DNA of 64,000 nt from a virus, in the IMG/VR virus record IMGVR_UViG_3300025000_002059, positions 23,960-87,959 of that record. One strand, given 5' to 3'. A program made the position numbers and the translations under genes. This document shows positions 28,325 through 38,084 of the stretch, in pieces (within the stretch, counting starts at the first letter, position 1; each line of letters opens with the position of its first letter). The notes below the pieces were generated by a model, which saw only the letters and a list, made by a program, of their open reading frames with translations, was not told the origin of the DNA and did not search any database.

Positions 28325-28687
28325 CTACTTAGATGATTTGATTTTGGTTAAGACGGAGATGTACTCGATGAGTGTATCTACCGTTTTTTTATCAATTGTG
28401 TCATTGGGCCTTACTAGACCAGATTCCCGCAGCTTAATCAAGAGATAGTCAATAGCTTCTTCTTCCTGCCTGAATCCAGAAACACCCATAAGGTAATCAA
28501 CTGATACTTTGAACAGTTTAGCGATCTTACTTACCATATCCAGACTTGGTTCTCTTGATCCGGCTTCCCAGTGACCGACCGCACCTTTTGAAACTCCTAG
28601 CACCTTCGCTAAGTCCGGCTGCGTTATGTCCGATTCTCGCCGGAGCGCCTTTAAGCGTTTCATAAAATATGTATTACGATTTTCCAC
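28325..28687 (-). CDS. CI-like XRE repressor
   Basis: ITQPDLAKVLGVSKGAVGHWEAG.REP; divergent from a cro-like gene. Confidence 0.85.
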   Translation of the reverse strand: MENRNTYFMKRLKALRRESDITQPDLAKVLGVSKGAVGHWEAGSREPSLDMVSKIAKLFKVSVDYLMGVSGFRQEEEAIDYLLIKLRESGLVRPNDTIDKKTVDTLIEYISVLTKIKSSK

Positions 28688-28943
28688 TGTTCTCTTCTGC
28701 CTTTCCGTTTTTAATTTCTATGTGAGTTTCTTACAGAATAGAAGAACTATTCTTCGTTATTATATGACAAAAATAGAAATAGGACAAGACTACTAATAGG
28801 ACTAATTTACTATAAATTATAGGTAATATTTCCTATTAATGTTATTTAAGTATACATTCTGTATTCTTATCTGGTCGATAAACGTCATATTTGGTTGATA
28901 TTCTTCCATTTTGGTGGTATAATCACATTAAGGAGGTGAGGAA

Positions 28944-29216
28944 ATGCTTATAAACGAACAAGAGTTCAAGGCGCGAATCGAGTATGCAAGAGCATTATCA
29001 AACTACAGTAAGACGGAATTAGCAAGCAAAATCAACATGCCGCCAAGCACATTTAGGCGCAAAATGGATAAGCCATCACGATTAACGCTCGAAGAATTTT
29101 TTATTCTGACGGAAGCGCTACCAAACGGAGTTTTAATTGAATATCTCAAAGAAGAAATAGGAATTAAGGCATTAAAAAAAGTCCCCAAAAAAGGGACTAG
29201 AAAAGAAGTTTCATAA
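28944..29216 (+). CDS. Cro-like HTH regulator
   Basis: SKTELASKINMPPSTFRRK; TGGTATAAT promoter and AAGGAGGTGA RBS. Confidence 0.75.
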   Translation: MLINEQEFKARIEYARALSNYSKTELASKINMPPSTFRRKMDKPSRLTLEEFFILTEALPNGVLIEYLKEEIGIKALKKVPKKGTRKEVS

Positions 29217-29286
29217 AATTATTATATCACAGCATGTCCAGCATGGTTAAAGAGAAGTAATGAGAAATTTATGGGAGGATAATATA

Positions 29287-30237
29287 ATGGCGGCAATTTC
29301 ATTGGCATCAACTAGGAACATGACGAGAGAGCAATGGTTGGAGGTCCGGAAACTTGGGATTGGTGGCTCGGACGTTTCTGCTATCGCCGGAATGAATCGA
29401 TGGAAAAGCCCAATCGAGGTCTGGATGGAAAAGACCGGGCAACTTGAATCTAAAGAACTTGGCGAAGCGGCCTATTGGGGAACCATGCTCGAAGATGTTG
29501 TGGCAAGAGAATACGCAAAGAGATCTGGGCTCAGAGTACAGAAGCGAAATGCGATTCTCCAGCATCCAAAGCACACCTTCATGCTTGCTAACGTCGACCG
29601 GATAATTCACGACAAGGATCGCGGACGTGGAATCCTTGAATGTAAAACGACGAACGAGTACAAAAAAGGAGAATGGGAAGAAGAAAAAATTCCCGAAGAA
29701 TACGCGATTCAGGTCCATCATTACCTAGCCGTTACCGGATTACAATTTGCTAGAATTGCGGTCCTGATCGGGGGGAACAAATTCGAGATTAAAGATATCG
29801 AGCGGGATGAAGAGATCATTGATTATCTGGTGAAGATCGAGAGCGACTTCTGGCAGATGGTCCAGAGCAATACCCCGCCAGAGATGGACGGATCAAACTC
29901 AGCCACAGAACTTTTAAAATACCTTTACCCGAACTCTAACCAATCATCAATTGAACTTCCACAAGCCGGAAGCATGGTCGAAGAATTCCTGATGCTGCAA
30001 GAAATGGAGAAGACCATAGGCACCAAGAAGGATTCAATCGCCAATCAAATTAAACAAATGATGGGAGAGAATGAGACAGCCTACACGCTCACCCACAAGA
30101 TCGGATGGAAATCATTAATCACCAACAGATTTGATACTAACAGATTTAAAACAGCGCACAAAGACTTGTACAAAGAATTTGTGAACGAGACACCATCGCG
30201 AAGATTCACAGTCGGAGATATTAAAAAATTGAAATAG
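29287..30237 (+). CDS. YqaJ-like viral recombinase exonuclease
   Basis: WLEVRKLGIGGSD, LANVDR, LECKT, QVHHYL. Confidence 0.95.
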   Translation: MAAISLASTRNMTREQWLEVRKLGIGGSDVSAIAGMNRWKSPIEVWMEKTGQLESKELGEAAYWGTMLEDVVAREYAKRSGLRVQKRNAILQHPKHTFMLANVDRIIHDKDRGRGILECKTTNEYKKGEWEEEKIPEEYAIQVHHYLAVTGLQFARIAVLIGGNKFEIKDIERDEEIIDYLVKIESDFWQMVQSNTPPEMDGSNSATELLKYLYPNSNQSSIELPQAGSMVEEFLMLQEMEKTIGTKKDSIANQIKQMMGENETAYTLTHKIGWKSLITNRFDTNRFKTAHKDLYKEFVNETPSRRFTVGDIKKLK

Positions 30238-30250
30238 GGGGATTTGAGCA

Positions 30251-31192
30251 ATGGCAGGATTGAAAGGAAAACTAGCCGATAAGGCAAATGGGACCAGTGT
30301 GGTAAAGAAGGAACTACCAAAGGCAACATTCAGTAACTTCCTAGCCCAAGATGGGGTAAAGGCGAAGATCAACCAGATCGTCGGCGGTAAAGACGGTCAG
30401 AGATTCATCACAGCGATTCTTTCAGCGGTCAGCACGAACCCGTTACTCGCCGACTGCGACCATGGAACCATACTAAGCTGCGCATTGCTGGGAGAGAGCC
30501 TAAAGCTTTCACCCAGCCCGCAACTTGGGCAATACTACATGGTGCCATTTGACGATAATAAGAATAATAGAAAAACAGCCCAGTTTATAATTGGGTATAA
30601 GGGCATGGTGCAACTTGCCGTGCGATCTGGATACTACAAGAAAATAAATGTTATCGCCATTAAAGAGGGAGAATTACAGCACTTCGATCCACTCAATGAA
30701 GAAATTTCCTGCCTTTTGATTGATGATGAGGATGCCCGCGAACGAGCCAAGACCATCGGATACTACGCGATGTTCGAATACATGAATGGATTTAGGAAAG
30801 TCATGTACTGGAGCAAGGCTAAGATGGAGGCCCATGCACTACAATACTCAGCCGGATTCCGAGCGGACCGGAAGAAGGGAAACTCATACACCTTCTGGAG
30901 TAAAGACTTTGATGGGATGGCCTTTAAAACAATGTTGAGACAACTCTTGTCCAAATGGGGTATAATGTCAATAGACTTACAGACAGCCTACGAAAGAGAC
31001 ATGGGGACTATAAGAGAAGATGGGACCGTCGAATTTGTGGATAACGTAGAGGACATAGAATCAAACGAGACAAAGCCAGAACAGCAGCAAGAGCAGGCGG
31101 ACCAAGCAGGGCAGCCGGAGACAGGGCAGGATGGGCAGCAGGCGGAACAACCGGATATTAGCCGGGAGCAGGACCAGACACCCGCAGAGTAA
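30251..31192 (+). CDS. recT: RecT-family single-strand annealing protein
   Basis: LSPSPQLGQYYMVP, AQFIIGYKGMVQLAVRSG, W..DFD.MA.KT. Confidence 0.93.
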   Translation: MAGLKGKLADKANGTSVVKKELPKATFSNFLAQDGVKAKINQIVGGKDGQRFITAILSAVSTNPLLADCDHGTILSCALLGESLKLSPSPQLGQYYMVPFDDNKNNRKTAQFIIGYKGMVQLAVRSGYYKKINVIAIKEGELQHFDPLNEEISCLLIDDEDARERAKTIGYYAMFEYMNGFRKVMYWSKAKMEAHALQYSAGFRADRKKGNSYTFWSKDFDGMAFKTMLRQLLSKWGIMSIDLQTAYERDMGTIREDGTVEFVDNVEDIESNETKPEQQQEQADQAGQPETGQDGQQAEQPDISREQDQTPAE

Positions 31193-31480
31193 GGAGATCG
31201 AGAAATGTTCATGACCGTAGATATTATCCTTCAGGAGTTGGAGATCAGGATCAATAAATTGAAAGAATTCGAAACTGAAGCTTTAGAAATAAAAGATGTT
31301 GATCTTTACCGATTCACTAAGACAAGGCGGACCGAGTATGAATCATTCAAAAACTGGATAGAAGCGAGGAATAATTAATTAAAAAAAGAAAAATGCCCAT
31401 TAGATTTATAAATTAAATCCTTGGGCATTTTTTGTATTATAATTCTAATTGGACAAAGTTAAGAAGGGCGGGCCAAAGGA

Positions 31481-31810
31481 ATGAAACAAAAATGCGATCC
31501 ACATAAATGTATTGGAAATTTTGAATGTGAAAAATGCCCAGCTAGATGGACACCGAAGGATCCGGACTGTAAAGATTCGTTAATGTATAACTGTGATAAT
31601 TATAAATCTTGTGATGAGTGTTATGGTAATAAACCTAATACTTGGCCGCGCAAGGATAATATTAACATATTACTTAACTTATCAACCAAAGAAAAGGTTA
31701 TGGCATTTGATTCGATGGTTAAAAGATACGTTTCGGCAAAAAATCACCTTGATATGGAAATTTGGATAGCGAATGTGCTTAGTTTTTACATCAAGAAATA
31801 CTTAAAATAG
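31481..31810 (+). CDS. Cys-rich hypothetical protein
   Basis: ORF with upstream promoter. Confidence 0.5.
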   Translation: MKQKCDPHKCIGNFECEKCPARWTPKDPDCKDSLMYNCDNYKSCDECYGNKPNTWPRKDNINILLNLSTKEKVMAFDSMVKRYVSAKNHLDMEIWIANVLSFYIKKYLK

Positions 31811-31815
31811 AAACT

Positions 31816-31998
31816 TTATTGAAGAGATTTCATTCTTACATAATCAGAGGGATTTGTTTTTTCAAGACTTGCACGTTCAGTAATTAATTCCCACTCTTTA
31901 TCGCTAAACCGGATGGGATGTGTAAGGCGAGGTTCATTAACTCTTTTACGACCAGCGCCAATCCGTCTACCACCGCGAGTTTTTAGAGTTTCAGACAT
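31816..31998 (-). CDS. Small DNA-binding protein (RHH-like)
   Basis: RGGRRIGAGRK, IRFSDKEW..I...A......SDYVR. Confidence 0.65.
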   Translation of the reverse strand: MSETLKTRGGRRIGAGRKRVNEPRLTHPIRFSDKEWELITERASLEKTNPSDYVRMKSLQ

Positions 31999-32114
31999 AA
32001 TGTTGTCCCTCCCTTTTTATGTTTATTGTAATGCATAATTCAACATAAAGCAAGAGACAAAATAAGGTGCCCAGATGGCAAGTCTAGGCACCAGAGAAAA
32101 AGGAGGAATGAGCA

Positions 32115-32648
32115 ATGACTATAAAAGTACCACGGCAATGGCTTTGTATGGGGAAAACTCAGATATTGAATAATATGTTTGAGCCGATTCAAAATAGACC
32201 AGATGCGGTCCTAAAACCATATGGCGGGCTTTGGGTATCTCCATATGTACGGAATGGGAAATATAAAAGTCACTGGCACGAATGGTGTGAACAGAATAAA
32301 TTTATGACAAGCACCGAAGGAACGATAATAAGACTCCAAGATAATCTAAATGTCTATATAATAAATTCGCAAATTGACTTAATGAAACTTATAGAAGAAG
32401 TTGGAGAATATAATCCATTTCTGGGATTAGGCTTTGAGCCATGGAAAACGATAGATTTTGAAGAAGCAGCCAAACGATATGATCTGATTTATTTAACAAG
32501 GCAAGGATTAAATTGCACTAGACTTCCATTTATGAATCAGAAATTTAACTTATATACATGGGATGTATCTTGCGCGATTTTATTTCATTTTGGGTGCATA
32601 AAAGGGCAATTCCCTACGAAGGTACGCGCTCCTGAAGAGTTAGACTAA
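32115..32648 (+). CDS. Hypothetical phage protein
   Basis: KP.GGLW.SP ... IDFE ... WDV; AGGAGG RBS. Confidence 0.65.
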   Translation: MTIKVPRQWLCMGKTQILNNMFEPIQNRPDAVLKPYGGLWVSPYVRNGKYKSHWHEWCEQNKFMTSTEGTIIRLQDNLNVYIINSQIDLMKLIEEVGEYNPFLGLGFEPWKTIDFEEAAKRYDLIYLTRQGLNCTRLPFMNQKFNLYTWDVSCAILFHFGCIKGQFPTKVRAPEELD

Positions 32649-33666
32649 TCTCAAAATCACTTTCTTGGCCTTCAACAAATAATTCCAAGCGCGTGAAAAG
32701 AGATTTAATCTGGTCTGCTCTATAAATATTTTTAAGAGATATTCTGAGTAATTCAATTTCAGGTTTTTTGACTTCAACCAAAGTTAATTGACTTGGAGGA
32801 ATTTCTTCTTGATCCATCTTATCAACTACTTCCTCTTTTTTCACTATTGCATTTTCATTGCTTGGTGGAACTAGGGGAACCACTTTCTTTACACGTTCCT
32901 TGTATTTACGTTTAGGAGGTGTAGTTTCTGAATTAGCAGCAGCACCTTGGCCTTCAGCAGAGTCAGCAGCTGCTTTATCATTATCCCTTTTCGTCTGTGC
33001 TTGATTCAGTCTATTGTCTCTAAAATTACGCAATACATCTAAAGCATCATCACCAACTAAAATTTGCTTTCCTTTCCGGGCAACTTTAAAATTCCATGAT
33101 AGTTCTGATAATTGAGCGGGAGCACAATCAAGACCTTTGAGTATTTCAGTCGTTGTATGAAGTCTCCTTAATTCAGCGTAGATCTTTTGACCTTCTTTAT
33201 ATTCAATAGCGTTGAGTTCGGAGACTTTTATCCATTCTCCATATTGTATCCTTTTCATCCAATCCAAATTAAAAATACAAGATAATTCTAATATTTGCTC
33301 TAAAGAACAGTCTAATGCATTTTGTAATTCAACTATGTCATATATTTTCCTGAGTTCATTATAAACTTGAGCACCATCTTGAATAGGTAATTCTTTAAGT
33401 TCATCAATCGTAATTTGTTCTCTACTTTTTACCTTCTCCATTAATTCCAACAATTTCATCTCCCTTAGAGTTGTGATAAAACAAGGACCAGCACCCATAA
33501 TTAATCGTCTTTGAAATTTATCAGGTTCCTGTTCGGATGGCATTTTGACGGATTCATGTTTACGGAGCCGGGCGGCCCTACCGTGAATACCATTTCCAGT
33601 CTTTTTCTTTTCCCTGACATCCTGATTAAAAATCCATTCAACATCTTCGTTATAGATCCCAATCAC
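32614..33666 (-). CDS. Hypothetical protein with internal duplication
   Basis: 350-aa ORF; GAQVYNELRK / GQKIYAELRR repeat. Confidence 0.6.
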   Translation of the reverse strand: MIGIYNEDVEWIFNQDVREKKKTGNGIHGRAARLRKHESVKMPSEQEPDKFQRRLIMGAGPCFITTLREMKLLELMEKVKSREQITIDELKELPIQDGAQVYNELRKIYDIVELQNALDCSLEQILELSCIFNLDWMKRIQYGEWIKVSELNAIEYKEGQKIYAELRRLHTTTEILKGLDCAPAQLSELSWNFKVARKGKQILVGDDALDVLRNFRDNRLNQAQTKRDNDKAAADSAEGQGAAANSETTPPKRKYKERVKKVVPLVPPSNENAIVKKEEVVDKMDQEEIPPSQLTLVEVKKPEIELLRISLKNIYRADQIKSLFTRLELFVEGQESDFEISLTLQERVPS

Positions 33667-33823
33667 ATCCTGTCAAATTCGACATTTCATTTCTTACATT
33701 TTAAATATACTTCAATTTATAGACCATGTCCACATTTTGTATATTTCATAATATGACAAATTATTTTGTTTTATTTTTATGCTATACTTGGGACAAGTTT
33801 ATTTATATTTGAGGTGGTTATGA

Positions 33824-34030
33824 ATGGCTTTGACACTTTGGTCCGGCAGAGGAACATGGGAAGGCTGGAAAATACGGAAGCAATATCAAGGCTGCAAATT
33901 TGGAGAGTCCGTCCTTGTGGATCCCGATGGAGTGCCATACAGTCCCAGCGATATACTAGCGAGCAGAAATTCTGCAAATCTTTCTGAAAAAGAGAAAATT
34001 AATAAAAGCAATAAATCGATAAAGGAATAA
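33824..34030 (+). CDS. Small phage protein (DUF3653-like)
   Basis: LVDPDGVPYSPSDI; GAGGTGG RBS; TGCTATACT promoter. Confidence 0.5.
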   Translation: MALTLWSGRGTWEGWKIRKQYQGCKFGESVLVDPDGVPYSPSDILASRNSANLSEKEKINKSNKSIKE

Positions 34031-34458
34031 ATCCATAAATCCATATAAGAATATATCGATACATCCATAAAGGAATATTTGCTGAAGATTCTATTTAATA
34101 GACAGAATGAAAGAATTGGATTTTGTTTATAAGTTTAGGATTTTATGTAAATATTCCATTTTTTAGTGATTGCGTATCGATATCCATATATCAATATATC
34201 CATATATCCATACGGAGCATAATTATCGTAAGAATCAATTCCTGATCGCGACGAGTAGCCTAACATTTTCTGTCAAATTGTCTAAGAGTGTATTCCTATC
34301 CATATATCAATACATCCATATATCAATACAAGAGGGACTTATGGACCAAATATGTAATTTAATGGATTCTTTCAAATTGTAGGCAAACAGAATATTCTCA
34401 AATCTATACATCAATAAATCCATATTTCCATAAATCAATATATCGATAAATCAATACA
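34010..34458. repeat. Four clusters of 8-bp tandem repeats ATC(C/A/G)ATA(T/A/C); centromere (parS)-like
   Basis: Clusters near 34010-34068, 34176-34212, 34297-34330 and 34406-34458. Confidence 0.65.
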
Positions 34459-34750
34459 GACCATTTTCGTGAGATCACGAAAATGATAAAAATATAACCA
34501 TATAAGTTATAAACGGCAATTATAACTCATACGGTTATATTTTCGATTTTATGGATATTTATGGAAATTATCAGGGGTAATAATTAGAACATCGCTGGCA
34601 GACTTCCTCATCAAAATTTTCCCGGTAACAGAATTTATCTTGGTTATATCGACAAACGAGAAAAAATTCTTTTCCAGTTAAGCAGAGTGGGGATCCGCAG
34701 CCAAGCGGAAAATCATCGCACCCATCGCACATTTCATTTTCACATCCCTA

Positions 34751-34759
34751 TGCTATAAT
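34751..34759 (+). promoter_or_regulatory. Extended -10 promoter for array 5
   Basis: TGCTATAAT about 20 nt upstream of the first AGCCA. Confidence 0.6.
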
Positions 34760-34779
34760 AATTACATAGGACAAGTATA

Positions 34780-37116
34780 AGCCATGAACTGCGATTAAAT
34801 CAATTATTGTAAGCGAGCCAAGAATAGAGATTTTACAGAATTTTGAGCGAGTCAACTAGGTAGATTTTTTCAAATGTCCAAAGCGAACCAAAGCGCTTGA
34901 GAGCGCCAAAATTGGCAAGTGAACCATCAGTAGCAATAGTGCCAAACTATCAGAGTGAGCCAAAGTATTTGAGTTAAAATCATAAAAAGGTAAGTGAGTC
35001 ATCGAACCAGATTATAAACATTGAAGAATAGCGAACCATTTTTGATTAAGAGAGTGAGTCAAAGTTTCCGATCGTACCTAAGTAAGGGAGCGAGTCCAAA
35101 GGTTTTTCAGTGTACCAGAAAGAGGGAGCGAGTCATACCAAACAGAAAAAAGAACGAACCACGAACATAGACTTATTCATTTTACGAGAGTGAGCTAATA
35201 ATGCCGATAGCAACAAAAACAGTGAACGAGCCAAGAATACTGAGAGTACCATATTTCGAGAGCGAGCCAGTAAGATGGGTATTTCCAAAAAAGAGAAGCG
35301 AGCCAAGAACTCTGATATCCCAGACCAAGCAAGCGAGTCAAGGTTTCCGACCATACCCAAACGTAAGGGATCGAGTCAAGGTTTCCGAGTGCACCGAAAT
35401 TAGGGATCGAGACATGATAGCTGATTTAATCGTAAATAATGATCGTTTCAATCCACGCACCAGAAATGAGGTGCGACAATAAATATAAGTGAGCCAGCTG
35501 CATTGAGATTACCAATGTAGAGAAGCGAACCAACGAATGTGATTAGTTTACAATTGAAGAGTGAACCACACGATAAGATGTCACCGTATGTTTGGAGTGA
35601 GCCAAAGAATTAAAAAAACATTATATGCAAGCGAACCAAAAACCTTAGACAATATCAAACCCCAAGAGTGAGTCAAGCTTTCCGAGAGGTCCAGAACGGA
35701 TGAACGAATCATGTTTCGTGAGAGCACCAGAAACATGGAGTGAGCCAAGAACACTGAGATACCAATTGCGAGAGAGCGAGCCAATAACTACGATCGATCA
35801 CTGAAAAGAAGCGAACCAGTGTTGCTGGATTTGAGCAAAGTCTCTGAGTGAGTCATGGAGACAGGATAAGATCCAAATATGTCATGACTTTCTATTAGTC
35901 GTGTGGGATTGAAACATAGCTGCTAAACGAGCCAAAATATAGAATAGCAACATTAATAGTGGAGCGAACCATGGCGAATGATAATGACAATTTCCATTGA
36001 GTGAACCATTAGGAATGAGAGAACCAGTTAAATGAGTGAACCATGTATCGTGAAAAATTTCAAGCGTTACGAGTGAGCCAACAGAGTTAATCATTACAAT
36101 TGTTCAGAGCGAATCATTAAACTTGATTGTATCAGAGGTTAGAAGTGAATCAATGGGACGGAGAGTACCACAAACCATTAGTGAGCCATTCAATCGGAGA
36201 GCACCGTAAAGAACGAATCATAAGCGGCGAAAGAATCAGAACCTCGAAGTGAACCATGTATTGTGATATTTCATAATCTGTGAAGTGAGCCATCATTAGG
36301 GATTGTTTCAATTATTAGGAGTGAACCACTTTTTGTGAGAAACACAGCGATATAAGGGTGAGCCAAGAACACCGACAGTCAACAAAGCCACAAAGCGAAC
36401 CAATGTTGGAGAGAGCACCGTGCCATTCGAGTGAACCGATGTCGCACCATTTTTAAACAGAGCGAGCCAATGACGATGGAGAGCACCATGATCACGGAGC
36501 GAACCACCATTAGGGATAGTAACATATTTTTGGAGTGAGCCGAGGATACTGACATTTAAACCAGATGGAAAGAGTGAGCCAAAGTATCCGAATACAACAA
36601 CCTTCTAGAGCGAGTCACCCCACAAGAGCACACCCATGTCCGTTAAGCGATCCATCAAGGCATAGAGCACCATCAAGCATGAGTGAATCGACATTCGTGA
36701 GATACCCAATACTTGTGAGTGAGCCAGCATATCTGAATATTTCAATAGTCGTGAGTGAGCCACTGCCGCAAGATAATACCATGTCCATAGAGCGATCCAC
36801 TACGCAAGATAGCACCACAACTGTAGAGTGAACCATCGGGGAGAATTAATCATCGGTTAGAAGTGAGTCATTAAACTTGATAGCACCATATCCGCAAATC
36901 GAGCCAATCATGCTGAATATTTCAATGAGCCAGAGTGATCCAATTATTTAGATCGAATCAATAAATCTGAGTGACCAAAAATGAACAAAGAAGTCTTACA
37001 ATATGGCAACATATGTGATAATGTATGGATAAGCCAACGCTGCTGGCGAACTTGACTAGAGTACCAGATGCCAGCAAAACGAGTCGACAATGATGAGTGA
37101 CCAACAATAATGAGCG
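34780..37116 (+). repeat. TIGR-type array 5, stand-alone (~60 units, degenerate 3' end)
   Basis: Same edge/loop repeats, e.g. AGCCA AGAATACTG AGAGTACCA TATTTCGAG AGCG. Confidence 0.9.
35445..35477 (-). CRISPR. Solitary type I-C CRISPR repeat embedded in array 5
   Basis: Minus strand GTCGCACCTCATTTCTGGTGCGTGGATTGAAAC; single copy; no cas genes in window. Confidence 0.75.
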
Positions 37117-37325
37117 TAAAAATTGAACAAAAAAATGACCTTCGCGGAGTTTGCACCTCCCGAAAGTCGTGGCTAAAGACCAAACTCTTTAGACTTGAAA
37201 TTTAAATCTAAGGACGGAACCCTTAGACTTAAGTACTTAATTTGGATTAAGTATAACAAAGGATACTCAACGAATCAAGGGGGACAAGGGTAGTATCATT
37301 TGTAATATTTTCAAATAAAAGTAAA

Positions 37326-37362
37326 GTCGGGTCAGTATCTTTAGCTGGCCCGGCTTTTTTTG
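37326..37362 (+). terminator. Intrinsic terminator downstream of array 5
   Basis: GTCGGGTCAG ... CTGGCCCGGC followed by a T-run. Confidence 0.65.
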
Positions 37363-37475
37363 TTTCCCAAAAATTACAAGGTGAAAGAATTGGAGGGACA
37401 ATAGTTTTCTATCTATCGAGCGTCCGTCAGATTGTATATAATTTAGTTACTCACCTAAAAAATGGGGGGAGAGTC

Positions 37476-37724
37476 ATGGAGGTTTCAGTAAGAGCCAAAG
37501 AAATATATAAATTTATCGAAAATTTTAATGGCCACCCAATTTTTATAGACATCATGACCATCGATCTGGGAGATAGGGGGACGGTTAGGTTTGCATTGTG
37601 TGAATTAATAGATGTTGGATCCGTAAAACCTGTAAGGGCTAAAAATAAATTTGATAATATTTACCAAGTCGAGTATCACATTATCAATAACAATGATCCA
37701 ACAAGTGAATCATTCTGGAAATAA
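37476..37724 (+). CDS. Hypothetical winged-helix-like protein
   Basis: RBS; 82 aa. Confidence 0.5.
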   Translation: MEVSVRAKEIYKFIENFNGHPIFIDIMTIDLGDRGTVRFALCELIDVGSVKPVRAKNKFDNIYQVEYHIINNNDPTSESFWK

Positions 37725-37742
37725 ATATGGGGAGGGGAATTT

Positions 37743-38084
37743 ATGATTAATGAATTGGAATTACTTTCAAAGAAAGAATTTTTAGAATTGGATATCGAAG
37801 ATTTTAAATCATTATGGAGGGAACTAAAGGGTGAGATCTTGGATAAGAGGGACTTATATCAAAGATGCGATCCAGAGAAGTATGAAAGAGAATTGCATAT
37901 TCTCCAATCCGTATTAAAGGCAATGGATCTAGCTGTGTCAGTTAAGATAACTGAAAGAAGAATAAAGGATAAAGTTTGCCAGTTTTGCAGAAATACAGAA
38001 CTTGACACCAGAGGATATGGTACCTTGTGTACAAATTGTTTTAATGAGTATGAAGAGAGAATGGGCAGGAGGATTGTAAAATGA
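37743..38084 (+). CDS. Hypothetical protein with C-terminal Zn finger
   Basis: CQFC...LCTNC. Confidence 0.55.
   Translation: MINELELLSKKEFLELDIEDFKSLWRELKGEILDKRDLYQRCDPEKYERELHILQSVLKAMDLAVSVKITERRIKDKVCQFCRNTELDTRGYGTLCTNCFNEYEERMGRRIVK

Noticed and set aside
36441-36448. GTCGCACC as a second CRISPR repeat remnant
   Set aside because: Only 8 bp, and explained by the GCACCA loop repeat in a shortened unit.
35133-36836. ORFs 35133-35360, 35201-35482, 35581-35784, 35882-36094, 36565-36831 and 36615-36836 (also 21700-21936 and 24019-24213)
   Set aside because: They are by-products of the 36-nt periodicity (recurring SEP/RAS/LAR motifs) and lack RBSs.
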